Below, piece after piece: positions 12,151-25,748 of a stretch of DNA of 64,000 nt; position 1 is the first letter of the stretch; every line of letters starts with the position of its first letter. The stretch is taken from NCBI GenBank assembly GCA_010093605.1, contig MU004189.1:627834-691833 (forward strand). The letters run 5' to 3'. The notes below the pieces were generated by a model. That model ran no database searches. It was not told the DNA's origin and worked only from the letters and a program-made list of their open reading frames with translations. The stretch comes from Lophium mytilinum (lineage: Eukaryota). The translations under genes were made by a program, and so were the position numbers.

Positions 12151-13028
12151 GGAGATGAAGTTTGAGGCTTGGCGGCTAATGGGCCTTCTCTGCGAGGAGC
12201 AGGACAACGTTGTGGAGATTGCGCTACAGTGCGCTCTGTGTATATTTACAAAAATTCTGGAAGGCCGGAGCATTGACTGGGCTTGTAAGCTGGGATGGGC
12301 GAGTTTGAGCAATAAGTAAAATTCCGCTCTTGTCTGAATAGGAAGCATAAATTTCTCCCAACTTGTATTGGAATGTCTTGAACGCATGTGCACGGTGATG
12401 CGCTCTGTGAGGCGTCGACTTGTGAGAATCCTGACTTTAGGCATCTTTAAAGGTGTCTCTCAGCATTCTAGATCTACACGCTGACCTCCAACTATCTTCC
12501 GAAGAGGCAACTCTTAGAATGCAGAAAAGGTGTTGAGTTTAAAACAAGTCAAAGGTTGTCGATGTGTGAACACGTCAGCGTCGTTAATCCAGAGACTCGA
12601 GACTAGATTTTGAGTCTAGGTCAAAAGGATTGTGATTTGGGCCCGAGATCAGCATCCCATTGTTGACAGAGCATGAATCACATCTGGTGATCTTGGAAGC
12701 TGGAGCTCGGAGTAGGGCATTGAAGTTACTCCCAACAGAAGAAGAGCAGATTGAATCACGGCAGAGGTGTTGCCAATCTGCATTCTTTCCGAGCATATTC
12801 ATCCGACGTTGGCGCTTCCACAGTGGACTTGACAGCATGGATTCATCTTAAGCATAGTCACGCACAAGGGGCACAATATTGTAGCTGTAAATGTATTTAT
12901 GGTCTACCACCACATGGGTTGATTCATTGTTGTCCGACTACGGTGCGTATGTATAGCATATCTAACCGAGGTCTCTGTCACCCTTTACGTTCCCCTTTCA
13001 TCTCACATCGTAGATCCGGCAAGGTCGT

Positions 13029-13624
<596 letters not shown>

Positions 13625-14344
13625 TTAGCGATCAGGACAAGTCGAGATGGAGGTGCGCGGCGGGGAGGTGCAACACTGTTCGGAAGAGCAGCTTGGAAAT
13701 GTTGAGGGAGTTCAGGGGTTGAAGATGTGCGCGCAGATGATGGAGGGATGCTCACCTAGACAATGCGAATTGTCTTCCTCAGTCGTCGAAGATGCAGAGT
13801 TGAGGTTGCGGCGGGCGAAATGTATACGCAAGATTTGAAATGTGCGCTGACTAAGAGCCGAAGTGGGCTGGCCGGGGTGCAGCGATGCCGATTGCCGATG
13901 TTCAGGCGGTTGCCCGTCTCAACAGGCTTGGCGCTTGTTGATGAAACGAACCTTGACCTCGGCCGCTCTCCCGATCAGCCATCACCATCCACTGTACATC
14001 TCAATTCCCACAGTTTTCAACTGATACCTGAGCGTACTCTACACTACAACCAACCGTCCATCTCGACCGTCTTTCGAGGAGCCACACCCTACAGCTCCTG
14101 CACAAAGCACCTACTCGGCTTCGGCCCCATCACATCACCTTTCAGAGGCAGTTTGAGGAGACTGCACCTGTTCTGAGGAGAATTTAGCGACACAACCGCC
14201 CGGCGCGGACGCTTCTTGCACTGCGTGAGGTATGGTATCCTCCATCCTCCGTTCTAGATCGATGCTGACGGCTGCAGTTTCGGAACCAGAAGAATATCCA
14301 GTATTCTCGACCGTTCACCCTCCGGACTCGACGAGCATTTCAAT

Positions 14345-16369
14345 ATGCTGTCCAACACTAACATGACCTCGATTCAACGGCGACGGACCCAGCACCGACG
14401 ACAAAACTCAACGCCAACTGCATTCGAGGCACCAACAGTACGACCATTACCTGCCAATATACGACAACACAACCGTCACCGCACAGGCATGAGCCTGGAT
14501 CTTCGAGGTCTCGATCTCGATTCCATGCTCCGGTCTGGGCGGGGATCTATCCCGGAACCATTCACGCCCGTGAAATTGGAATCATACCAGCAGGACGACA
14601 GTACAGTAAGTATTACTAACCTAGGACAACCACAACAGCATCACTTGCAAGTAGCGCAGACGCACAGCATAGCCCAGCCGGGCTCCCCGGTTCAATATTC
14701 GCACTCCTCAGAACACAACTATCCTCCTTCTCCTCACACACCTCATCGGTCGTTGCACCAGCAACAGCCGGCTCCTCAGCCTCCTACTGAGCAACAGCTC
14801 AAGGAGCTTCACGAACACATCAACAAAGTCTACGGCTCTTATGGCCAAGTCTTTGTGAACATCCTCCCTACCCCTATCACGACTCCACAAAAGCCAGCTC
14901 GGCTTCCTAGCCACGAGCCACTCGACACGGCGCCAATGCCGTCAAACCTGAGTGACATGGCTGAAATCAATCTCGACCCCCCTACAGGTGCTGAGCTCAA
15001 CTTCGCCTTCGAAAACCCAGAGAGCGATATGGGGTATGAATCCTCATCATACTATACCTCCGATGCTCTCTCCCCAGGCCGTTCTCCTTGCTCTTCTCCT
15101 CGCCGAAAGTCCTCTAAGACTTTCTTGGAAGACGTTGAGGAGTACGCCGACGAGATGGCCTTCTCTCAACCCCCTTCCCTTTTCCCATCCACCCACCGCG
15201 ACTTGAACGGCCTTCCCGACTCAACCGCAGACTACCAACGGTCATCGTCAATCGTGGATCTAGACGTTGACGCCAGTATCGAGTACACCGGCATTGCGCC
15301 AGAAGACGTTCAGCGTTTCATCAGTGAACAAGATCCAAAAGACGGTCGATGGAGCTGTCTGTACCCCGAATGTGACAAGACTTTCGGCAGGCGGGAAAAT
15401 ATCCGGTCCCACGTGCAGACCCATCTGGGCGATCGCCAGTTCCGCTGCAATGGATGCGGTAAATGCTTCGTCCGGCAGCATGATCTCAAGCGCCACTCCA
15501 AGATCCACACGGGCACCAAGCCATACAAGTGCCCCTGCAGCGCTGGATTCGCTCGACAAGACGCTCTCACTCGCCATCGCCAGCGCGGCATGTGCGTCGG
15601 TGGCTTCCCAGATGCTATCCGCCGTGAAGTGAAGCGCGGGCGGCCAAAGAAGAGCCGTCCAGAAATGGAGGATCGGGTGCGAAAAGCTGGCAAGACTCGA
15701 CTACGACGAGCTCTTGCCTCAGCAGCCTCTTCATGTGCGGGTGGTTCGCCTCCTTCAGATTACAGCTCGCCCCATCACCAAACACCACCGACCTATTCCA
15801 TGGCCAGTGGGCCGGTCAATTCAGGTTCCGGGAGCGATAGCTTCGGGGGCCCACTAAGCGCTTCAAGTGATCCGTTCAGGTCAGATTACCCTATGATGAA
15901 ATTGTTACGTTGTACTAACTCTACTCACAGTTTCGATAGTGCATCAAGCCCATACAGCCATGCTTCTCCAGCCAACATCAAATACCAACCATCCAGCCCG
16001 TTCGAGGAAGACGAGACATCGATGAACCTACTTCGCCAGCTCTCCGCAGAGGGATTCACTCAGACCCCTCCAATGTCTCCTGAGAATCACGCCTCGCCCT
16101 CAGAAGGAGCCCATAGTAGCCAAACCTCACAGTCCTCAAGGAAGAACCAAAAGGCTTCGACAGCCCCGTCTACCGCTTCCCTCTCCAACCAGTTCACGAC
16201 ACCTCCGACGTCCCCAATCGAACCTACCCAAGATAGTCTCGACGACTTGTTCAACGACTTTGACCAGGGCGTGTCGTCGTGCTCGCAGTACGACCTCGAG
16301 ATGAAGGCGATGACCGACTTTACTTCATTCGACAATAACGCGCCGTATGATATGCTGGACTTTATGTAG
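14345..16369 (+). CDS. ACE2: C2H2 zinc-finger transcription factor, Ace2/Swi5 family
   Basis: CLYPECDKTFGRRENIRSHVQTHLGDRQFRCNGCGKCFVRQHDLKRHSKIH..KPYKCPC..FARQDALTRH; N-terminal HRRQNS motif. A likely in-frame 51-nt intron sits at 15880-15930. Confidence 0.88.
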   Translation: MLSNTNMTSIQRRRTQHRRQNSTPTAFEAPTVRPLPANIRQHNRHRTGMSLDLRGLDLDSMLRSGRGSIPEPFTPVKLESYQQDDSTVSITNLGQPQQHHLQVAQTHSIAQPGSPVQYSHSSEHNYPPSPHTPHRSLHQQQPAPQPPTEQQLKELHEHINKVYGSYGQVFVNILPTPITTPQKPARLPSHEPLDTAPMPSNLSDMAEINLDPPTGAELNFAFENPESDMGYESSSYYTSDALSPGRSPCSSPRRKSSKTFLEDVEEYADEMAFSQPPSLFPSTHRDLNGLPDSTADYQRSSSIVDLDVDASIEYTGIAPEDVQRFISEQDPKDGRWSCLYPECDKTFGRRENIRSHVQTHLGDRQFRCNGCGKCFVRQHDLKRHSKIHTGTKPYKCPCSAGFARQDALTRHRQRGMCVGGFPDAIRREVKRGRPKKSRPEMEDRVRKAGKTRLRRALASAASSCAGGSPPSDYSSPHHQTPPTYSMASGPVNSGSGSDSFGGPLSASSDPFRSDYPMMKLLRCTNSTHSFDSASSPYSHASPANIKYQPSSPFEEDETSMNLLRQLSAEGFTQTPPMSPENHASPSEGAHSSQTSQSSRKNQKASTAPSTASLSNQFTTPPTSPIEPTQDSLDDLFNDFDQGVSSCSQYDLEMKAMTDFTSFDNNAPYDMLDFM

Positions 16370-17233
16370 GTATACTTTAACGCCGCATACAACGATTAGG
16401 ATCACATGAGTCGGTCTCTCCACGGTTTCTTTCTGCGAGAGATGTTTTGTACAACTTTGTTAATGGATGGAATCCGGATGGCTGAAGCGAATTTTGGCGT
16501 ACTGGTTCCGGGTCTGGGCTTGGGTTCTGGCTTGGGAGTAATATTGGGCTGGATGGACAGACAACGGCAACACGGAACTGAAACGGCCTTCACGACAGAA
16601 TGACTACTCTTTCTTGCTTGTTGTTTTATAGGCGGATGCAGGATATACCATGCTCCTGCAAACCTCTTTGGATGGCGAAGGATTTTCTCCAGGTGGAGAG
16701 GAATCGCATCACTAGAATGGAGCGTGGTCGAAGGGATGTGTATGCTGGGTAGATATATTCGCGCACCAGGTAGAGTTCCGTGCCCTTTCTCTTGGGCTAG
16801 AGACTTTGACTCTCTTCGCTAGATACGTCTAGCGTTGGGTTGAGTTGGTTTCGCCTAGAGGGAGGGCATGGTTGACTCTCTGGTCACTAAATCCTGATTC
16901 GATAGATAGGACAGTTAGAAAACGAAGCGCTTGGCGGGAATTATCAGAATGCAATCCCATCAAAGATAATTAAGAATACTTGGAATGACTCCCATTGGTG
17001 TGCAAAGGTATCATTGATCGCTATTTACCGTAGACTACCTTCAGATGTGTGCATGTATAATTTCTGAGTAGTAATCTAGTTACTCGGAACCAACCTCGGC
17101 TTAAATTAAGCACCTCCCCTGTATTCAACCTATCCCCTCTTCCAACAGAAACATCAATAAAATCGCATCCTAACTTCTTCAATCTCGACAAAAGCTACCA
17201 GTCTCTCGTAAAATCAGCGAGAAACCCCCCACA

Positions 17234-18028
17234 ATGGCAGCGCCAAACAAGATCCTCCTAAGCGCCGCCGCGCTGCACACGCTGCTATCCGCGGCTCATA
17301 CTGTACGCATCCAATCACCACCACCCCCCTTTCTGATTTTCACTACCTCCCATCCCCTCCATCACATTCATGCGACTCGAATGCCACACTGACTTAATGA
17401 AAACCGTCCAGGCCTCCGGACTCACAATGTTCAAAGACCCGGCCTTTGCGCGCCTGCCCGCGATCCTGACGAAAAGGGTGCAAGCGGGCTGGTTCGAGGG
17501 GAGCGTCTTCTTTGCCATGTTAGGTATGTGTGTGTGTGCGCGCAACGCTTCATTTCAGGTTTTTCCAACTTCAGCAAGTTCCGTATCTCCATGCGGGGAG
17601 TCTAGCAATCAATCCTTCCAGTACAAATCATGCGGGCGCGGATTATCATTCTCATCCTCCACTTGCCATACCGAGTTTCCTTTCCCTTGTTGCTTTGGTC
17701 TCCCATATCTCATTCCTCTCCTCACATGTCTTTTTCACCCCTTTGGTTTGCATTTTCGTTTCCGTTGACGTTTTCCCCTCCCCTCCAATACCGCATTCCA
17801 CCCACCCTTAGATCATCCGCTCCGCTCACACCCACCACAGGCCTCATAAATTACCGCTGGGCGCACTCCGGCCTCGCCGACTCCACCGAGCTCGGTGTCG
17901 CGGGGCTCATCAGCCTTGTCTGCTTCGGCGCTGGGGGGTGGTACGCCAAATCGGGCGACAAGGCGGGGGGAGTACTGCTCACGTTCGCGGGCTTGTTGCA
18001 GGGGGTGGGTGTGAGAAGTGTGCTGTAG
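17234..18028 (+). CDS. Small multi-pass membrane protein (~122 aa), 3 exons
   Basis: Exons 17234-17302, 17412-17523 and 17841-18028 splice in frame: MAAPNKILLSAAALHTLLSAAHT-ASGLTMF...AGWFEGSVFFAML-GLINYRWA...LLQGVGVRSVL*. Confidence 0.75.
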
Positions 18029-18865
18029 AGTGAGTGTGACTGCACCTGAGATGCTGCGCTCGTGGGTGCTTTGGGGAGGGCGAGGGCGCTGTATTCGGAA
18101 GGCGAGCTGCGTCGGCTGTGCTGGGTAGACTGTGCCAGGGTGGAGATTCTTGTGGGTGATTGAAAGCCCAGGGGTTGCGTTGGGAGGGCGTGCTAAAACA
18201 GGCTGCGATGTTAGGATCTAAAGGCAGGTGAAGACTTACTTCGACATTCAAAAGCGAGACGGGTGAGTTGCAGCGACGACAGCGTGGCAAGTTGAAAAGT
18301 TCCATGAGAAGCTTCATGTATTACTGTTTCTTCGACAGTTCCTTTTCCCCAAGAGTGCACTGCACTCGGGGTGATGTGCCCATAACCCCTGAAATTCCAC
18401 AACCCAAACCGTGATCTGCCAGTCAAGACAAGTCGTGTATCCGCAGGTGTCGATCGCTGAACGCTCTAGGAGCAAATTCGTCGTTTTCCATGCCATGGCC
18501 ACACCGTCCGAAGCCATGCCCATACGGTCCGAAGCCAGACAGAAGCCAGACAGAAGCCGTGCAGGCCGTTCCCAGAATATCCGTGTCGTCATGTAGGCCT
18601 CTCCGTCATATCGCCAGCCGGTCAACCAAACCACCCATGTGAAGGAAAGAAATCAAACATTAAACAGTAGTGCAAGTGCAGTGCAGTGCAGTGAGGTAGG
18701 AAATAAGGTTACCTTTGATAAGTGTCGTCCGTTGGGCGTAAGGGCCTGAAACCACAGTCGTAACCAGCAGCTGAAATGGCTCCCGGGTACTGGTATTTCC
18801 ATCCAAGCCGACATGAAAGATAAACTTTTAGTATTCCGTGTCCCTTGTCCCGTATCATGGATCGC

Positions 18866-19915
18866 TCAGCCTCCGTGCTTGCCAATGTACTGCTTCATGA
18901 GGTCTTCGAAGGTCTTGCTCATCTTATCTACCTCGTTGTCGTTCTTTCCGGTATGTGCGAGCAAGGCAGAGAAGATATTCTGAATGTCGCGGACTTTGGA
19001 TCGCAAGTTCTGGAACTCGTAGTTGGTAACCATAGTGGGACGGACGTCAGCGAGATTTCCACGCTCGGCCATGGTGGCGGATGGAATAGCCTCGCCTAGA
19101 TGAGTGATCACGTATCGTCGGTTCGCATGGGAGATCAACCGCGACAGACGGCGGTGGTAATGATCGGCGGCGGTGACAGAAGAATCGTTCTGGAAGTCGT
19201 CATTCGCTAGGTTGGCGAGACGGGTGAGGCCCCTGTCCAACTCTTCCTCGATATTCTCATGCCAGTCAGTGTTCTCACGCACGCCGGGCATGTCTTGAGA
19301 AACATGCGGCACAAAGGGGTCCTGGGCCGTAAGTGTTGTATAGGGAAGCGGGGAGAGCAAGGCTCGGGGAGTGGCTGCGATTTGTGAGCCAACGAAACCC
19401 ATTTCATCCAACTCCAAACATCGACCTCTTGGACTCCCCAGGGCAATAGAGATCATCATGTGCTCACCTTGTCCTCGCTCGCCTGTTACGGAGGGAGGTG
19501 GAGAGCACGACGTGACACTCGCGTTGCTGTTGATAGCAGAAGGAAGGTTCTCCAGTTTCTCGTCGATGGTTGGCAGGTTACGCATAGTATACCGAAACGA
19601 ACTTGGAGAGCCGTGGCAAGGCGTATTATCTGGGACCGTGGGACAGTGAAGCTCGTCGTCAACTGTCTCGTTGTGCAAGTCCTGAACAGCGCTGAGAGTA
19701 GAGTCTACGCGCTGTAGGCCTGGCGCATCCAAGGCAACGTGCTTTCCACCGGAATATGGGTGCTCGCCAGAGACAGAGCGGGTGGCGGGTGTGTTATAGG
19801 GGTCGGAGGGGTATGGGGAGAGACTAGAGAGACTGGCAGCGCTGTCTCCACGAGAGCGCGCGCCCAGGAGCTGTCGAGGCAGCTGGACGGGCGACAACGT
19901 GTCGGCTTCTGCCAT
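18866..19915 (-). CDS. Hypothetical protein (349 aa), disordered N-terminal half and helical C-terminus
   Basis: Long ATG-initiated ORF with protein-like composition; no family recognised. Confidence 0.7.
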   Translation of the reverse strand: MAEADTLSPVQLPRQLLGARSRGDSAASLSSLSPYPSDPYNTPATRSVSGEHPYSGGKHVALDAPGLQRVDSTLSAVQDLHNETVDDELHCPTVPDNTPCHGSPSSFRYTMRNLPTIDEKLENLPSAINSNASVTSCSPPPSVTGERGQGEHMMISIALGSPRGRCLELDEMGFVGSQIAATPRALLSPLPYTTLTAQDPFVPHVSQDMPGVRENTDWHENIEEELDRGLTRLANLANDDFQNDSSVTAADHYHRRLSRLISHANRRYVITHLGEAIPSATMAERGNLADVRPTMVTNYEFQNLRSKVRDIQNIFSALLAHTGKNDNEVDKMSKTFEDLMKQYIGKHGG

Positions 19916-20656
19916 GTCAGTTCACGGTCCATGATGGAAGCTGCTCAGGAGTTAGCAGAACGGACGCACCTGACCGAGTCGGGAACATCTCCATTGCAGT
20001 AGTCCGTGCGGTGGTGGTTGAAGAGATGAACTGGTAGTGACTGTAGCGGGTGGAGTGGAGTGGAGGAGTGGAGGCGGGGCGGCCGCAGACTTTGTGATAT
20101 GGGGTTGCGGAGAGGCGTGCAGGTGCGCAAACAGAGAGCCGAGGGAAGGACTGATGGTGGGCAAGTTTGATGGTGAGAGGGCGAGTTTGAGGAAGGTGCA
20201 CGACGTGGGGAAAACGCAGGCGAGATATCGATATAAAGCAATCGGCCCAGCTCACCTGCCCGCCTCGCTATCGTGGCAGCTGCCAGCGACCAGGGAGAGT
20301 CACGGTGAATGCTTGATTCTGCCCTGGGGCCCCCGCAATCCGTGCTTTGGCATCGTGGTATCGTGGCCAATTCCAGAGCCTCATCCGCACCTGGCTACAT
20401 CCCCGCCACCACGTTTCCCCCACGCCCCGCTGTGTGTCCATGGTACTGTGTATCGGCACGTTACTGAAACACCTATCGTGTGTAGTTCAGCTTGCGAGCC
20501 CTGATGTGGTAGTCCTAGCTATTCATATGGCACGCTAGATGGAAGCGAGATAGTAGAGAGTGAAAGTTGTTTCTATTACCTACCATACATAGCTCTCTCG
20601 ACACACCATGCTCACTATCTCTTATCCATCTCTATACTGCCTTTCTCTACCTCTTA

Positions 20657-21690
20657 CTAACCAGCAGATGCTTCATCTCCCCCATCGTCGGGATCGGTTC
20701 TTCTTGAAGCGCCAGTCCTGGCACGAGCAATCGATATCTCAACCGATGGGGTTCTGAACACCGATGTCGACGACGGTAAGTCGTGCATCGCGATCACTGG
20801 AGCAGGGGTATTGCTCGGACTACAGCCATTTGGCAAAGGCAACACGGCATTGGACCTGGCCGATGTCTTCTTATCTATTTTTGCTTGAATCCAAGGGACT
20901 AGGTTGAAGTAGCCCCCGCATGCGAAGACACCAAGCCACAGCACAAACTCGGTACCATAGATGATCAGCCCTAAAACGTCCATCCTGGGCTGGAACAGCA
21001 CCGAGACAAGGGAGAAGATGTCTCCAGCAGCGTCGATGCCGACGAAGATAAAGGATATCCCGCGCACCGTTCGGTGGACGTAAATGTCCCAGTAATGGCG
21101 GAGTACACCAGCCGCGAGCAAGACGGCAGAGAGGATGGCCATGAGCGTAATGGGCCACTGGATGTCTCTGGAGTGGGCAATCCGTAGGGCTACGATGAGT
21201 GCCGCTTCTAAGCCCCCCATGAATAGAGCAATGGGAACGACTACTACGAGCGCACGCAATACGGACCATTCCTAAGCAAGGTCAATAACATCCAACGCCA
21301 TGAGCCGATCTGATAGGGCCTACCCTCTCATAATAGAAACACTGGATCCACGTCAACAAGCTTAAGAAGGTCAAGATCTGGGGCTGAACCTGGAGAGCAA
21401 TATTGAAGTTCTTCACGACATTGTACACTCCAAGGGGAACCCCAGCCCATGCCCAAAGCATCATCATCGTAGGCTGCAAGCCAACGGCATTATGCCTTCG
21501 ATAGTTGATCACGATTTGCGGGATCAGCTACAAGGGCAATGAGCAATTGGTTTGGTGGATTTGAAGTCTAGATACGTACTTGGACTGACCAGCATATCTA
21601 ACACGAGAATCAGTGCCTGTAGGTGGTTCAAGTGCCAGTACATACGGCTCCAATCGTCCCCAAGACATTCGCAGCAACAGGAACATCCAT
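20657..21690 (-). CDS. PQ-loop repeat membrane protein
   Basis: MDVPVAANVLGTIGA..CWSVQLIPQIVINYRRH, NIALQVQPQ and RGISFIFVGIDAAGDIFSL; multi-exon. Confidence 0.88.
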
Positions 21691-21877
21691 GTCTTCAGGT
21701 GGTCCCTTTTCAGACGATACTGGTGAAGAACATCATCAAAGCATGAAGTCGGCAAAGGGCCGATAACGGAGGACGTTCCCGGAGCCGTTCCTGCATGCCA
21801 AGCAATGCACAGACGGGCTTTTACTCATCTCGAGATGGCAAAGTTCAAGACATCACCAACTCTCGCTCCACACAGCC

Positions 21878-22518
21878 ATGGCCGCCTCAGAACCCTCATT
21901 ACTAGAGGCGCAAAAGGCTGACTCACGCGATGAGCACACTCCCAGATTCTCCAAAGGCGTAGAGCTAGGCCCAGACGGCAAACCGTAAGTCCTACAGCTC
22001 CCAAACCGCATTACCAAGCTCGCCCACACCTATCTAAATCCCCAACTAACACATTCTCTAGCTGCCGTACCTGCACATCCTCCTCGGAATGGAAAGCCAT
22101 GTTCAAATCCGCCAAAATCCCCTCCAAAACCCCCGCCGTCACCACTTCTCCACTCGCCATCGCCGACCGCACCGACTGCCCCCCCGACATCGAGCAGCTC
22201 GGCCGCGCCTCTTGGACCCTCCTGCACTCCATCACCGCCGCCTACCCCTCCAACCCCTCTCCAGCCAAGCAAACCGAGACGCGCGACTTCCTCTCGCTCT
22301 TCTCGAAGCTGTACCCGTGCCATACCTGCGCGTCCGATTTCCAGACCTGGTTGAAGGAGGGTCGGAACGCGCCGCGGGTTAGCTCGAGGGAGGAGTTTGG
22401 GCGGTGGATGTGCGAGGCGCATAACGCGGTCAATGTGAAGCTGGGGAAGGAGAAGTTTGATTGCGATCGGTGGGAGGAGAGGTGGCGGACGGGGTGGAAG
22501 GACGGGGGGTGTGATTGA
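21878..22518 (+). CDS. ERV1: Mitochondrial FAD-linked sulfhydryl oxidase Erv1/ALR
   Basis: GPDGKP-CRTC shuttle motif across an intron, DCPPDIEQLGRASWTLLH, YPCHTC, CEAHNAVN and FDC. Confidence 0.95.
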
Positions 22519-23127
22519 ATTGTCTCTCGGCGGGATGTGTGTTTGTATAGTTAGTGGTATTTGTTGCATAGCGGGTTCAGGGAGAGCAGGGGTCATCCAC
22601 TCTGGGCATTTACAAGGCGTTTAGAGCTCTATACTCCACCACGATCAGAACGATCAGATGCATAAACATGTATATCTAGGTATGTACAGGTAAACAATGT
22701 AAATCATCCAACTCCACCAAATCTCAACATTACCCCACGCGTCAGTGTATTCCTTCGTCTGTTTGCGTACCATACTTCCTCCTCGAATATGTGGGTCTCG
22801 TCCCATACCGACCCAATAACTACCTCACCCGCTACAACGAAGCATAACCGTACCAAACTCCGCGTTCTACAGCCAACGTCATGGAACTAGAGGTTGTATA
22901 TACATCATACTCCCCGCCCTCCCTCCTCGACTTCTTCCCACTCTCCTCTCTTCCTCTCCGAGCTCCCATCACGGCAACTAGCTACAATGACGGAATAACA
23001 TAAGCCCAAGCGTGGCATACGCTCGCCGTTTAAATCTCACCTTCTCGCACGAAATCCCCTCAGCCTCAAATCCAACCCAAGCAACCAGCCTACCAAAGAG
23101 CCGCCCTCCTCACCCACCTCCCCAAAA

Positions 23128-23861
23128 ATGGCCCCCCTCGTCCTCGTTCCCCCACCAAAAGAAAAACCCCACCACCCGCACTGGCGCGCCGAAGTCATCG
23201 CCGGCGTCTTCACAGCCCGTACGCCCCCTCCTCTGCCCCCCCTATCACCCCCCCTTCCCCAACCCATAACTAACCCACCATCCGCTTAGTCATCCTCACC
23301 TGCCTCCTCACAATCCTCCTCCACGCCTACCTCACCCGCCGCCGCCTCACCCGCCTCGCCCCAGAACCCCCTAACCCCCCTAACTCCCGCGCCTCCTCTG
23401 TCTGGCCCGCCCCCCTCCTCCGCTTTCCCTCCTCCGCCTCGTCCCCCGGCTGGGTAAGCGCCGGCACCGGCGTGTCCGAGAAGCGGTACTGGCGCAGCGT
23501 GGCGGCGAGCGGGTGCGCCGAGGTCGCGGAGCGGAAGCTGAGTGCGCAGGGGTATGTTGGGGTAGCGGAGGTGCGGCGGAGCGGGAGTGGGATGAGCGGG
23601 ACGACGGTGGGTAGTAGTGCCGCGGACCCGCCGGGGGTGAGGGTTGGTTATCGGCGGGCGGATGAGGGGGTGTTTGGGGGGTTTGGGAGTGTGGCGTGGG
23701 TGGATGGGCGGCGGGGGAATGTGGAGAGGGAGAAGGAAAGGGAGATCGCGAAAAGAGAGAGGGGAGAGGATGGGCGGGAAGATGAGGAGAAGGAGGTGGT
23801 AGAGGAAAGGGGGGAAAAGAAAGGGGAAGAGGGTGTGCGGAATGCGGAGATGAAGGTGTAA
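23128..23861 (+). CDS. Hypothetical single-pass membrane protein, 2 exons
   Basis: ATG 23128; the GTACGC..CTAAC..TAG intron joins EVIAGVFTA-LILTCLLTILLHAYLTRRR in frame with ORF 23472-23861. Shows the C-rich 5' / G-rich 3' pattern of genuine genes in this window. Confidence 0.65.
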
Positions 23862-24476
23862 GAAGAAACAGGGGCAGGGGTGAGAAGCATGGATCGGGAG
23901 TAATAAAGGAATCGTAAGAGATGAGAGTATAGTACTCGGGAGTTTTCAAAGCCTTCATGCCACACCATTATTTCAAGACCCTTTCATTCACAAATCTATT
24001 CCTTTTGACTAAAAGAAAATGAAACACATCTTCTCATAAGAGCCATCCCACATCCCTATCCTAATCCCAGCCCACATCGACCAGGACCCATTTATCCGAC
24101 CAGGCCGCCACGTAGAGCGCTCATCCTCTCATGAAAAGAACAAGAACAGAAGTCAATGAAAGGGGGGGAACCGAGACCAAAGTATGATAAAGCGGGGAGA
24201 CAAGACGACTCCGCAAATCCGTAGACCGTTGTGTCAATGCAAGAGATGTGTTTGTGAACTTTGCTACAAAGCCCTTTCTCGAGAGCTGCCAGATTCGTCT
24301 CTGCTGGGATGTCAAGCAATCCGATATTCGCGCTAGGAAGTGAGAATGGAAGAATTGCAGCCAACGTGAGCATGAAAGATGGCTTTCTAGCATCCCAATC
24401 AATTACCAATCAAGCTCAAGTTGATGCCAAATATTCTCAGTGCCGGTAGTTACCAAAGATGCGCTATAGTGCAAGC

Positions 24477-25748
<1,272 letters not shown>

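Noticed and set aside
21691..21877. 187-bp bidirectional spacer between the PQ-loop gene and ERV1
   Set aside because: Compact divergent housekeeping pairs are common in fungi, and no functional link is evident.
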